DNA of 64,000 nucleotides, from positions 12,296-76,295 of the IMG/VR virus record IMGVR_UViG_3300031867_000035. One strand, 5' to 3'. This stretch comes from a virus (lineage: Duplodnaviria; Caudoviricetes). The translations under genes and the position numbers were made by a program. Positions within the stretch are counted from its first letter, which is position 1; every line of letters starts with the position of its first letter. Of the stretch, positions 43,280 through 53,884 are shown one piece after another. The notes beneath the pieces are model-generated. The model was given only the letters and a program-made list of their open reading frames with translations. It was not told the origin of the DNA and ran no database searches.

Positions 43280-43546
43280 ATGCAAAGTAGATATTTTTTA
43301 GAACACAGTTCAAAAGTTTCAAATGCTGGTATAAATCCTGTACGATTAGGTTTACCAGTGTCTCTCCACACAATCAATGATATTTGTTTGTGCTGCAGAG
43401 GCTCTTCAGAATTTATTCCTCTTAACGCTGTAATTTTAAGAGACGCTTTATTAGCTGACCCAGAAAAAACAAAACAATTTTTAGGGCTAGAAGTGAAAGA
43501 TGTTTTAAAACCTAAGCCAGTTAAGAAGGAGGAAAAGAAGAAGTGA
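43280..43546 (+). CDS. Hypothetical protein
   Basis: RBS aaggag; head module. Confidence 0.75.
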   Translation: MQSRYFLEHSSKVSNAGINPVRLGLPVSLHTINDICLCCRGSSEFIPLNAVILRDALLADPEKTKQFLGLEVKDVLKPKPVKKEEKKK

Positions 43547-43836
43547 ACAATGTAATTTTTATTTCATTAATCGTGGCTCTTGTTATTATAGTTATTGTAA
43601 TCGCTGTTCTTTTATACAATCAAATGCTTTTACTAAATGAAGTAAATAAAAGATTATTATTGATGGTAAAAGAAAGCGTAGATAAAGAGAGAGCTACACA
43701 AGAAGAATTAACAGAGGCTTTACAAGAGCTCGAAGCTTTAGCTAATGAGCAACCAACAAAGCCTGATTCAAGCATTATTCCAGGAGAAAGTGAGGAACCA
43801 TTCAACCCACATACATATAATCCTGATGATTTATAG
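43543..43836 (+). CDS. Membrane-anchored coiled-coil protein
   Basis: GTG start overlapping upstream TGA; N-terminal hydrophobic helix VIFISLIVALVIIVIVIAVLLY. Confidence 0.75.
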   Translation: MNNVIFISLIVALVIIVIVIAVLLYNQMLLLNEVNKRLLLMVKESVDKERATQEELTEALQELEALANEQPTKPDSSIIPGESEEPFNPHTYNPDDL

Positions 43837-43846
43837 GAGGTAGCTA

Positions 43847-45769
43847 ATGAGACAGATGGCGAAAGATATTGCAACATATATCGAAATGTTTGTAGATGAC
43901 TCTATGTCAAGTTTAAACCCATATATTCTGCAAGGCAAATTAAATAATGAGTATATAGCAGGCAATCAAAATAAAAAAATAAATGTAAGAAAATTAAGTA
44001 TAGAGCCTAAGCAGACAGACCCTAATGTATATGTAGAGAAGAAAACTTTCAATAGACTTTTGCCTATATATCTTACACGCTATGGTATACTCACTCAAAA
44101 TATGCCTATCCCTGGTATCATCCCTCATAGCAATAGTAGCAAAGCAGTTCAAGATTCTTTAGAAGTAAATAAATTTATAAATGAATTTATGTTACAAACT
44201 AATTTTAAAAGCATATATGAAAAAGCTATTAAACGAAATGATGTCTATGGAATAGAATGGTTTAAAACTGGTATAGATTGGACAGCTGGTGATAAGATAG
44301 CTGACCTAGAAGATGTTACAATAGGAGATACAAAAGGTAAACTTTCTATTTACGAAGGTAGACCTTTCGTTATGCCAGTACCTATTCACGAAGTCTTTGT
44401 TGATTCCTACTATATTGAATCAATGGATGATGTAAATGAGTTAGTACATAGACGTGTATTCCCTTGTGAGTATATTAAAGCCAGATGGGGGTTTGCAGCT
44501 GAAAAAGAATCCGTTGAAGATTCTAAACTATCTACTTATCCTAGATATACTAACTTCGGTATGTCAAATGGTGGAGCAATAGAGTATGCTTACGTTTATG
44601 AGTATTACAAAAAGCCTGATGCTTTATATCCAAAGGGTAGATACGTTGTAGTTTGTAATAAAAAAGTTTTATATGATGGTATCTTACCTTATGAGAATGC
44701 CGCTAACGGCAAAAGAGTTATACCGTTTGATATACTAAGGCCTCAAACAATTCCTAATAAATTAATAGGTGTAACTGTTTATTCTCAGTTAATCCCTATT
44801 CAAGATACATATAATGCTGTAAAGAATAGATACCTAGAGTATGTAAACCATATTGCTATAGGTCAGTTATATTATTGGGAAGGTTCCTTAATAAATAAAA
44901 ATAATTTTACTAACAAACCAGGTAAGCTTATAGGTTTAAAGAGAAATGCAAAAGCTCCAGTACCTGTGCAGAAAGATAAACTTGCTCAAGAGTTTATTCA
45001 ATATTTAAAAACACTTGAGGATGATATGCTAGTTACAGCAGGACTATCACAGATGTCTGCATTTGGTTCTACAAAATCAAATGTAAGAACAGATGGAGTA
45101 GTAGATAAGCTTGCCGAATCCGATGAAAATAAATTAGTAAATGCCTTAGACAATGTATCAGATTGTATGATAGAGGTATTTAAAAAGGTTATTTATTTAG
45201 AAAAACAAAGAGGTAAGACTCTAACTGAACAATTAAAACTTGCAAAGTTAGATACTTATATGTTAAAATATAAATTAGAAGAGGTGGATGCCGAACAGGT
45301 TACGATTATTAATCGAGACTTCTTGATGAAATCAGACCAAGTGTTCGACAAAAAACTTCAACAAGCAGGTAATTTCGGTTTGTATAATCCTGAGTCTGGC
45401 TTAAGTTATCAGGCAAAAGTGGAGCTTCTTAATTCAATGCACGCTAATTATCTTAGAGATACATTAGACCCTGCAGAAAGAAGCAACCACGATTTAATTT
45501 GCTGGGAAAATGACTTAATGCTAAACAAAAAGGAGATACCACAAGCTTACGATTACCACAAACACGAACAACATATTGCTGAACACAATGTTTTCCGAAT
45601 CTCGCCTGAGGTACTGTGTCTTAAAGAACGAGATGAAAAAGCGTGGGAAATGCTACAGGAGGCTATATCAGCACACATTGAGCAGCATAAGAAGTTCGTA
45701 CAGCAAAGTCAACAAGGTAATGTATTACAAAATGCCAAGGACGCACTAAAACGTACAGCTAAAAAATAG
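43847..45769 (+). CDS. Portal protein (podovirus/P22-like)
   Basis: 640 aa between terL and scaffold/capsid; clip/stem-like PIQDTYNAVKNRYLEYVNH, MLVTAGLSQMSAFG. Confidence 0.8.
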   Translation: MRQMAKDIATYIEMFVDDSMSSLNPYILQGKLNNEYIAGNQNKKINVRKLSIEPKQTDPNVYVEKKTFNRLLPIYLTRYGILTQNMPIPGIIPHSNSSKAVQDSLEVNKFINEFMLQTNFKSIYEKAIKRNDVYGIEWFKTGIDWTAGDKIADLEDVTIGDTKGKLSIYEGRPFVMPVPIHEVFVDSYYIESMDDVNELVHRRVFPCEYIKARWGFAAEKESVEDSKLSTYPRYTNFGMSNGGAIEYAYVYEYYKKPDALYPKGRYVVVCNKKVLYDGILPYENAANGKRVIPFDILRPQTIPNKLIGVTVYSQLIPIQDTYNAVKNRYLEYVNHIAIGQLYYWEGSLINKNNFTNKPGKLIGLKRNAKAPVPVQKDKLAQEFIQYLKTLEDDMLVTAGLSQMSAFGSTKSNVRTDGVVDKLAESDENKLVNALDNVSDCMIEVFKKVIYLEKQRGKTLTEQLKLAKLDTYMLKYKLEEVDAEQVTIINRDFLMKSDQVFDKKLQQAGNFGLYNPESGLSYQAKVELLNSMHANYLRDTLDPAERSNHDLICWENDLMLNKKEIPQAYDYHKHEQHIAEHNVFRISPEVLCLKERDEKAWEMLQEAISAHIEQHKKFVQQSQQGNVLQNAKDALKRTAKK

Positions 45770-45815
45770 CCAAGGCAAAAGCATTACAGCATAAGAGAGG
45801 AGAAAAAAATAATAT

Positions 45816-46451
45816 ATGACTATTGACGAAGCATTAGCAAAAGTAGCAGACCAAGACGCTAGAGCCTTTCTGCAGAAGGTTATCAGTGACCAGAATGGTT
45901 ATGTTACAAAATTAGAAGCACAAGTTGCCGAATTAAAAAAGGCACCTGCTCAAACTCAAGCTCAAGGAACAGATGATATCACAAGAAAATATCTAGAAGA
46001 TAATATGAGACGTGACATCATTAACCAGGCAACAGCAAACATTAAAGCCGCATACGGTGATGCAATCGCAGAAGCTTGTATGCCTGACTATTTAGATTTC
46101 CTAAAAGCTAATATGACTTTAAAAAACACTACTGTTGAATATGCTACAGATGCTTTCAATCTGGTATATGGTAGATGTTTTGCAAAGAAGGACCATCCAG
46201 TGCACAACGTTGGCAAGGCCACAGCTCCTAATGGTACACCTACACCTCAAGTACAAGCTGGAAATAATGCAGCAGGAGTACAGCAAGTTGCTTCAATCAT
46301 AAATGGACAGCCACCAGTTATGAATCCAAACGACCACTCAGCTGGTCAAGGATTGCCAGGTACTCAAGGCACTCCTGTAAAAAATACTAGGGATGCTTTC
46401 AAAGCATTCAAGGATAGAATGACGCAAGGTGGTAGTTCAAAATTCCAATAA
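45816..46451 (+). CDS. Probable capsid scaffolding protein
   Basis: Position before capsid; N-terminal coiled coil, Q/P/G-rich C-terminus. Confidence 0.6.
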   Translation: MTIDEALAKVADQDARAFLQKVISDQNGYVTKLEAQVAELKKAPAQTQAQGTDDITRKYLEDNMRRDIINQATANIKAAYGDAIAEACMPDYLDFLKANMTLKNTTVEYATDAFNLVYGRCFAKKDHPVHNVGKATAPNGTPTPQVQAGNNAAGVQQVASIINGQPPVMNPNDHSAGQGLPGTQGTPVKNTRDAFKAFKDRMTQGGSSKFQ

Positions 46452-46472
46452 AAATAAGAGGGGAAAAGAACT

Positions 46473-48113
46473 ATGAATGATAAGAGTGTAAATTCAGGAA
46501 TTTATATGGGTGATACCTTAGGTGGAGGTAATTACTCAACTAAAAATGTTATCGAAGACTTTATGAGAACTGAGTATCAGGAGGGCTTCAGAAACGAATT
46601 CAATACAATGGAAGCTTTAATTAATAAGCTACCAAAGGATACTATTACTGGTAAGGTAAAGTATAAGTCCTTTAAGTTAGGTATCTCTGATAATGTAAGA
46701 GCTGTAGGTTCAGGAACATTTGACCGTTATGAATTAGGTATGAATGATTTCTGGGGTCAGGGCTCTGAAACAGTAGAAGCTCAGTTCGATACTACTAAGT
46801 TAATGGCTACCTTCTCTATTACAGATGAAGCAATCTTAAAGGGCACAGGTGACGGCTCATTAATTGATGTATTAAAGGACCAGCTATCTAATATGGAATT
46901 AGGTATGAAGCATACTTATAACCGTTATATCTATGGTTCATATACTGGTAAGATTGGTGTTATCAAAGATAAGGCTTCTGCAGATGATACATATCATATT
47001 ACTGCAGTAGATTTAAGTACTTCAACTGCTGGTGCAGCTATTGATAGATTACGTGATAATCGTGGTGAATATCATAACCAGTTTGATTATCAGAAGGCTC
47101 CTTGTGTAGTTTCCTTTAAGATGGTTAACTCTCATTCTTTAATGGAAGGTATGGGTGCTATGATTCAGGTAGAAACTAAGACAGGTGCAAATGCTTGGTC
47201 TACAACAGCTAATGCTCAGAAGAGACTAATTGGTAGAATCTGGCAGAAGGATAATACCCTTATCCACAGTGAGAAGATTTTATTCATTGTAGAAAAAGTT
47301 GTAACAGGTACAGCAACTTCCGCAGGTGTAATTACTTGGGGTACTCCAACTGCTCCTGCAGCTGCAATTAACATTACATTAGGTGCAAACGATGTAGCTA
47401 CAGTTTACTCTCGTCAGTTAGATGACGCAGGAAAAATCGCTAAGGAGTATACTGGTCTTGAAGATATCGTTGTTACTCAGAACAATAAAATCTTCGGTGT
47501 AGATAGAAATATCTATCGTTCATTAAACTGTACTGCAGTTGATATGAATGATACTCAGTATGTCAATGAGGAAATTCTTCGTGACTTATCTGACCACTTA
47601 GCATTAACATCTCCTGATGGAACTTCCGTTACATTATGTTGCGCTAACCATAGAATTATCTCCCAAGTTGAGAAGGCATTATATCAGTTCAAGAATTATA
47701 ACTTAACTAATGTAGGCCAGGGTATGCAGCTTGGTGGTAGCTATGAATTAAAGTTCGATAACTATGTATTATACAAGGATAAGTATGCTAGAGATAACAA
47801 CTTATATATGTTAGACCAGACTAAGATTGGTGAATTAGTAAGACGTGATTTCACTTGGATTACTTCTGGTGAAGTAAACGGTGTATTACAGCGTAGACCT
47901 GGTACAGAAATGTATGAAGGTATTATGAACAAGTATGCTGATATGTATATCGATGCTTGGAGATGCCACGCAGTTCTAAAGCACTGCAAGGTTACTGAGC
48001 CAGGTACATTCTTCAGCTATCAGTCTAATGGTTTACCTAAGGGTATTGCTGATGGTGCTACTTCAGTTCAAATCACTGGTGTAGCAGATGGAGTTAAATT
48101 CCCTCAAGAATAA
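46473..48113 (+). CDS. Major capsid protein (HK97-like fold, with insertion)
   Basis: E-loop-like FDTTKLMATFSITDEAI, spine helix QLSNMELGMKHTYNRYIYG, YVLYKDKY; followed by a strong terminator. Confidence 0.85.
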   Translation: MNDKSVNSGIYMGDTLGGGNYSTKNVIEDFMRTEYQEGFRNEFNTMEALINKLPKDTITGKVKYKSFKLGISDNVRAVGSGTFDRYELGMNDFWGQGSETVEAQFDTTKLMATFSITDEAILKGTGDGSLIDVLKDQLSNMELGMKHTYNRYIYGSYTGKIGVIKDKASADDTYHITAVDLSTSTAGAAIDRLRDNRGEYHNQFDYQKAPCVVSFKMVNSHSLMEGMGAMIQVETKTGANAWSTTANAQKRLIGRIWQKDNTLIHSEKILFIVEKVVTGTATSAGVITWGTPTAPAAAINITLGANDVATVYSRQLDDAGKIAKEYTGLEDIVVTQNNKIFGVDRNIYRSLNCTAVDMNDTQYVNEEILRDLSDHLALTSPDGTSVTLCCANHRIISQVEKALYQFKNYNLTNVGQGMQLGGSYELKFDNYVLYKDKYARDNNLYMLDQTKIGELVRRDFTWITSGEVNGVLQRRPGTEMYEGIMNKYADMYIDAWRCHAVLKHCKVTEPGTFFSYQSNGLPKGIADGATSVQITGVADGVKFPQE

Positions 48114-48125
48114 TAATCAACAGAG

Positions 48126-48156
48126 AAGGACTTGCTTGAAAGAGCAGTCCTTTTTT
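48126..48156 (+). terminator. Intrinsic terminator after capsid gene
   Basis: aaggact-t-gct-loop-agc-agtcctt followed by T-run; an extended -10 TGtTATAAT follows immediately. Confidence 0.8.
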
Positions 48157-48184
48157 GTTATAATAAAAACAAACGAGGTGCATT

Positions 48185-48565
48185 ATGAATTATATAGATA
48201 TTCTTAGAACAAATCCACACTTAAGAAAGTGTAATGTTAATAACATTTGTGATAGATTTTTAAAAAGAACAAACGGTAATGCTTTTGTTGTTTTTAATAA
48301 TGTACAGCAAGCTTACGAGATACATACAATGGAAGCTTACTTTCTCTCTGGTGATTCATATAACACCACAATTCTATTAGAGAATTTAAATGAGTCTACA
48401 ATTATAGAATGCTTAACGCAGGATTTCTCTAAAGACTTAGATGATATTTTAAGTGAGAGGTTATCTAATGAAACTTGGAGAGAGAACTGGCAAAAGAATA
48501 AAAGAACAAACGAATTGAATCAGCAGTTCAAAATTATAGAAAGGGTAATGGGTACAAAGCAATGA
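48185..48565 (+). CDS. Hypothetical protein
   Basis: RBS gaggtg. Confidence 0.75.
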   Translation: MNYIDILRTNPHLRKCNVNNICDRFLKRTNGNAFVVFNNVQQAYEIHTMEAYFLSGDSYNTTILLENLNESTIIECLTQDFSKDLDDILSERLSNETWRENWQKNKRTNELNQQFKIIERVMGTKQ

Positions 48566-49260
48566 CACTATATGATTTATACTTAAGAGTTATAGGTACT
48601 ACAGGATTAGATACCATAGATTTAGTTTCTTTAAGAGCTTGTATCTCCAACTGTATGGCAGACTTAACTAGCCGTGGATACAAATTATTTAAAGAATTAC
48701 ATCTAAGTGATTTTGAAAATGTTGAACGAGATTTAAACTGGGTATGTCTAGACCTACCAAAAGATATCCGCAAGATAAATTATCTTAGATTATATTTATC
48801 TGAGAATGCCACAGTAGCAAAACGTGTACCTTTGACAGACCCTCGTATTCAATGCAGTTTTAAAAACAATAGATTCAGAAGTAAAGTAGATGACTGGGAA
48901 GCAATCTATTATATTCTTAATGATAAAATTTATATTGAGTGGAATGGGCGATTCGGCACAGACCTGCTAGAATTATCCTTTGGTTATTATCAAAAGCTTT
49001 ATGCTCCAGAGATGCCTTTAGACCCTAATGATTCTGATAAATTAAAAGATATAAAATTAGATATAAGACCAGAATTCGAGGATGCTTTGGTACTTTACGC
49101 TGCTTATTTCTATACAGCTAGAGTTCTTAAGGATACAGATAAAATCAATCTGGCTCTTTCCAATTATAAATATTATATCGAGGATATCATTCACGAACTA
49201 TCTTATGAGGATGAATTTAATGAGGAAGATGCAGTGATAAAGTTAGAGGAGGAGGAATAA
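48562..49260 (+). CDS. Probable head-tail adaptor (tail tubular A-like)
   Basis: MTLYDLYLRV N-terminal helix, PEFEDALVLYAAY; position between capsid and nozzle. Confidence 0.6.
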   Translation: MTLYDLYLRVIGTTGLDTIDLVSLRACISNCMADLTSRGYKLFKELHLSDFENVERDLNWVCLDLPKDIRKINYLRLYLSENATVAKRVPLTDPRIQCSFKNNRFRSKVDDWEAIYYILNDKIYIEWNGRFGTDLLELSFGYYQKLYAPEMPLDPNDSDKLKDIKLDIRPEFEDALVLYAAYFYTARVLKDTDKINLALSNYKYYIEDIIHELSYEDEFNEEDAVIKLEEEE

Positions 49261-49262
49261 GT

Positions 49263-52193
49263 ATGCCTACAAAGTACAAAGACTATCCTATATACTCCTA
49301 TAATGAACCTGCAACCTATAGTGATTTTACTGGAGGAATAAATACAGACCCAAGTAATGAGCATCTTTCTGATAATGAAATGCGTGACTGTGTTAATATG
49401 ACATATTTATCAGGAGCTTTAGTAAAAAGAAAAGGTGCTAAAGAAATCTGTAGAATTACTTGTGATGAAGATATAAGAAATATCCAGGGTGTGTTTTTAT
49501 TCACTTATAAAATCACTTATATCATTGTAGCTGCTGATGGTAAATTATATCAGAGTCCTTTCAATGAGAACACCACATTAAAATTAACTAGATTAAATAT
49601 CTATAAAACCAAAAATTATACAAACAAAGTTTATGATGAAACTTCTGTGTTTGATGGACTAGAGGTTTATCAGAAGTCAGATATAATCCCTGATAAGCAC
49701 AATGGTTTTATTATGGATTACATCCGTGAAGAATTAACAGGTAATGAGATTCAATTAAATAAAAGAAGTGACTGGGAAAGTATTACTTCTGGTATGATTG
49801 AGAAAGGTGATTTTTTCGAGGTTAGAGAGGGTTTATATCAAACCAAGTATGTTTGTATCACCTCTTTTGAAAAAACTTTAATAACACCAGAAAACATTAA
49901 CTACTGGGAAGTATATTCTCCTACTGAAAATGACACACCTATTAATTGGTCAGTTAACATTTATACTCAATGGGTAGAAGGTACTGTAATTAAATACAAT
50001 GGTATTTATTATAGATGTACACAATCTCATTATAATAGAAAAAATTCATTATATGATAAAAATTTATTTATAAAAGCTTCTTCTTTCAATACAAACTATT
50101 CTTTCTTTAGTTTAATGTTTTTTCAGAATTATAGAAAGATAGAGGCTGCTACTTTCAATAACAAGCTTTATGTTATGACAGGTACAAGAATCGTTACAGT
50201 AGAAGTTTTAGAAAACAAATTAACAGCCACGGTATTAAAACCCTATCTTTGTAACAGCAGTGAAATAACTAACATCGGCTACAACTATATTAGTCCTTAT
50301 CCAGAGTTAGCTGTTGCTTCACAAACAGACACTGTAACAACAGGACTTACACAGTTATTAGTTAAAAAACTTTTATACAATAGATATTTGTTAGAGCCTA
50401 TATTTAATGTACAGCTTGGAGATAGTATAAAAAATTACTGGTTCCGTTGGGAAAAATTTGTAAACGATAAATGGTACACAATCATTCCTTTCAGGATTCA
50501 AGACCCTAATTATCAAGCCAGTCTTAATATATCTTCCTCTGATGATTATAGCAAGATAGAAGTAGACGATGCTGATACTACATTATATAGAGTAACTTTT
50601 GCAATCTCTTTTGAAACACCTAACAGCATAATTAAAGACTGGAAACTAACAGATGGTTATAGCTTTAAAGATGGAGACCTTGTGAAATACAAGGATGTAA
50701 TTTATAAATGCATTACCTCTCATAACTCATCTCAAGCTCTTTATCCTGATAATGCTTTTGTAACTATTGCAACAATAGAAGATACACAGCAAGTATTATG
50801 GGAACCCTACCTCGAGTGCGAAACCTTAGATTATTTATCTTACGATGCAGATAATAAGCCTATTTATTCTACAGTACAAGATTACAAGATAGATAAAATT
50901 GATGGAGAGTATTTCGGTCAAGCTACAAGTGTTATCTGGAAGAATCCTTCTATAAGTGATACTTTCAAAGTTATACATTCTTGTACTAAAATTCTAGTCG
51001 ATGGTAATAAATTACTTTATTATAGTGATAATTATAATACGGGTAAATGGTACAAAACCATTTTAAACAACCCTAACTATGTTACTGACAGAGGTGCACT
51101 ATCTTTTAAAACAACAAAGAATGAAGCTTTAATTAAAGTCTTAGCTTTTCAAGGTAACATTATTTGTTTTGCCAATGCAGACAATGTAGGAGGAAGTATT
51201 CACATAGTTACAGGAAACGGTGATGACTATGATGATAAAACAGGTTACTACTCCCCATATCAAAGGAGAACCATAAACTCTACAGTTTCATCTGATAACC
51301 CTGATACAATTCAAGTATGTGATAACATTTTAATTTTTAAATACTTTAAGAAGTTGTACTACATAAATGCCTCCGACTTGTCTAATGATGTTATTAAAGT
51401 TAATCAATGTAATAAAAGGTTACTTTCTGTTAATCAAGAAGTTGATATCCCTTGGGATGATAATAGCTGTGTATCTGAAGTGACTAATGATTATTATGCA
51501 TTACTTTGGAGAGAAAAATTTTCTATTGATAACAATAATAACCTAGTTCAAGAAAGACCAGCTATCCGAGTAAAGATGTACTTTAATATGGCAAATCAAC
51601 TAGAAGATAAGTCATATAATATGCCTTGGCTAAGAGATGAATCTAAATACTTTAACGTAAGTCATATTATTTATTTTAAAGGTAAGAGTCTTCTGCTATA
51701 TAATAATTTGCTTCTAAGCTTTAATGAAGACACCTATGAAGATTTAGGTGAAGAAGTAACGTGTACTATAAGATTAAAGGGTGAGGAATTAAATTACGCC
51801 AAGATATATAAAATCTTATCTGGAATCCTAGTTTATTATCACAGAAATCAACATTCAAAAATTGATTTTAATTTAATTGCAAGAAACGAAGCAGGACACG
51901 TTCTATATAATAGCAAAAATAAATTGTTTAGTATCGGAGACTTAAGAATATTAAAAGAAGGAGATAAGGTATCCAGTGAACGAATCCGTCTAGATTCAAC
52001 AATTCAGGATACTAAAATGTTTACCGTTGTAAACAAATTCCCTTGTTTATTAGTTGAAACATCCATCACTGTAGAAAACAAAGGACGCTTCTCTCTATCA
52101 AGTATAACTTATTATTATGAAACAATAGATAGTCCTGATAGTAATCCTTATGATTATTATACTAATATTATAAGACCTGAGGAGGTAGAATAA
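49263..52193 (+). CDS. Probable tail nozzle / stabilisation protein (P22 gp10 / T7 gp12-like)
   Basis: YSDFTGGINT...LSDNEMRDCVNM...GALVKRKG N-terminus typical of podovirus nozzle proteins; beta-propeller-like composition. Confidence 0.7.
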   Translation: MPTKYKDYPIYSYNEPATYSDFTGGINTDPSNEHLSDNEMRDCVNMTYLSGALVKRKGAKEICRITCDEDIRNIQGVFLFTYKITYIIVAADGKLYQSPFNENTTLKLTRLNIYKTKNYTNKVYDETSVFDGLEVYQKSDIIPDKHNGFIMDYIREELTGNEIQLNKRSDWESITSGMIEKGDFFEVREGLYQTKYVCITSFEKTLITPENINYWEVYSPTENDTPINWSVNIYTQWVEGTVIKYNGIYYRCTQSHYNRKNSLYDKNLFIKASSFNTNYSFFSLMFFQNYRKIEAATFNNKLYVMTGTRIVTVEVLENKLTATVLKPYLCNSSEITNIGYNYISPYPELAVASQTDTVTTGLTQLLVKKLLYNRYLLEPIFNVQLGDSIKNYWFRWEKFVNDKWYTIIPFRIQDPNYQASLNISSSDDYSKIEVDDADTTLYRVTFAISFETPNSIIKDWKLTDGYSFKDGDLVKYKDVIYKCITSHNSSQALYPDNAFVTIATIEDTQQVLWEPYLECETLDYLSYDADNKPIYSTVQDYKIDKIDGEYFGQATSVIWKNPSISDTFKVIHSCTKILVDGNKLLYYSDNYNTGKWYKTILNNPNYVTDRGALSFKTTKNEALIKVLAFQGNIICFANADNVGGSIHIVTGNGDDYDDKTGYYSPYQRRTINSTVSSDNPDTIQVCDNILIFKYFKKLYYINASDLSNDVIKVNQCNKRLLSVNQEVDIPWDDNSCVSEVTNDYYALLWREKFSIDNNNNLVQERPAIRVKMYFNMANQLEDKSYNMPWLRDESKYFNVSHIIYFKGKSLLLYNNLLLSFNEDTYEDLGEEVTCTIRLKGEELNYAKIYKILSGILVYYHRNQHSKIDFNLIARNEAGHVLYNSKNKLFSIGDLRILKEGDKVSSERIRLDSTIQDTKMFTVVNKFPCLLVETSITVENKGRFSLSSITYYYETIDSPDSNPYDYYTNIIRPEEVE

Positions 52194-52196
52194 ATT

Positions 52197-53873
52197 ATGA
52201 AAAAATTAAGACACGGCCAAGACATAACAAGTGAGTTTATCAATGATTTAATTGATGAGCTTAACACTTTAAAAGAACAGCATCGTCAAGCAGAACTCGA
52301 TAAGACAGAAACACAGAATAAACTATCCTCTTATAATGCTAGACTAGACACATTCGAGGAGACTTATACTTCCGTATTAAAAGCTTGTCCTGATTTCCCT
52401 GAACTACTTCAAATGTATTTACAAGCCAAGGGTGCTTTTGTAAATGAAGTTTCAGACTCAACACCTACTATAACTTCAATCTCATCTGTAACGATAGGTT
52501 ATTTAATTAACGGAGAATCTTATTGTTGGACAGATGAATCTGGTGCTGGTAATATAAATGAACCAACTAAATTCACAGGAGCAAGTGGTTATTACTGGGG
52601 AATCATTGAAACAAATAATGGTGTTACTAAAACTGTGTACCATACAAAAGAACCAGCAAGAGGTCCACAAGGACCAGAAGGTCCAGCTGGTGCTGTAGGT
52701 GCTACTGGATTCACGGGTGCTGTAGGTGCCCGTGGACCTCAAGGCGCTCAAGGTCAAACAGGCGCATCTGGAAAAACTCCTAGATTAACTTTCGCTTTTG
52801 CTGATAATTCTGAAGGCTTAAATAGAGTTAATGATGCTAGTTCAAATAAACCTTATATTGGTATTAAAGTTTATTATGATGATGACGACCCAGCTGTTAT
52901 TGAATCTAAACCATACGTTTGGTATCGAGCAAGAGGCACAACTTATTACCCTGTTCTTACTGAGGATGGTTATCTATCTTTCAGTGAGCAGGTTCCTGCT
53001 AATTCCAGTGCCTCTATAAAAGTAAAAGGAGATAAAGGAGATAAAGGAGATAAAGGAGATAAAGGTGCAGATGGTACATCCATTACTATCGCAGGCACTA
53101 CAACTAATGTTGCTTCTTTACCTACACCTTCTTCTGTATCACAAGGCAGTGGTTACATCGTTGAAACAGATGAGAACCACGATAATATGCTTGGTACTCT
53201 TTATGTATCAGACGGTACTTCTTGGAAATATTGTGGTCAAATTAGAGGTCCTAAAGGTCCAACAGGTCCCCAGGGTCCACGGGGTAACCAAGGCGTACAA
53301 GGAGATAGAGGTAGTGTTTGGCTAACATTTGAAAGTTCTCCTACAGGAACAGTCAATGACAAGGAAGGCGATATGGCATTAATCAAAACTAATGGTAATG
53401 TCTATAGATATACAAATGGTTCTTGGGCTTTAATTTGTAATATTCACGGAACCCCAGGAGCTAATGCAGGCTTTGGTACTCCTACAGCTACTGCAACAAC
53501 AGTATCTCCTTCTACCTCCGCAGCAGTAAGAATCACTTCTAGTGGAACAGACGCTGCAAAAGTTTTTAATTTTTCCTTTGATATTCCTAAAGGAGAAAAA
53601 GGTGATGCAGGCGTTTCTATAAAATCAGGAAGCTACATTTATAAACCTACTACAACTTCTTGGCAAACTCTTTTTATTGATTTAATTTCTTCTCATCCTG
53701 AAGTAAATTTATATATAAAAAGCACAGCTAATCACATTACAACTTATACAAAAGTTCTCTATAATGTTAAAGATGGTCTTCACCCTATGATAAGTCTTTA
53801 CTATGTAGATGACGATGGTACATTAAAACAGTTATCAGAATCTGATAGATTTTATTATGTTTATTATGAATAG
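52197..53873 (+). CDS. Collagen-like tail fibre protein
   Basis: Several Gly-X-Y runs (GPQGPEGPAG..., KGDKGDKGDKG, GPKGPTGPQG). Confidence 0.85.
   Translation: MKKLRHGQDITSEFINDLIDELNTLKEQHRQAELDKTETQNKLSSYNARLDTFEETYTSVLKACPDFPELLQMYLQAKGAFVNEVSDSTPTITSISSVTIGYLINGESYCWTDESGAGNINEPTKFTGASGYYWGIIETNNGVTKTVYHTKEPARGPQGPEGPAGAVGATGFTGAVGARGPQGAQGQTGASGKTPRLTFAFADNSEGLNRVNDASSNKPYIGIKVYYDDDDPAVIESKPYVWYRARGTTYYPVLTEDGYLSFSEQVPANSSASIKVKGDKGDKGDKGDKGADGTSITIAGTTTNVASLPTPSSVSQGSGYIVETDENHDNMLGTLYVSDGTSWKYCGQIRGPKGPTGPQGPRGNQGVQGDRGSVWLTFESSPTGTVNDKEGDMALIKTNGNVYRYTNGSWALICNIHGTPGANAGFGTPTATATTVSPSTSAAVRITSSGTDAAKVFNFSFDIPKGEKGDAGVSIKSGSYIYKPTTTSWQTLFIDLISSHPEVNLYIKSTANHITTYTKVLYNVKDGLHPMISLYYVDDDGTLKQLSESDRFYYVYYE
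53025..53060 (+). repeat. 9-nt tandem repeat (aaaggagat x4) encoding KGD
   Basis: Direct reading. Confidence 0.9.
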
Positions 53874-53884
53874 GGGGTATCAAA

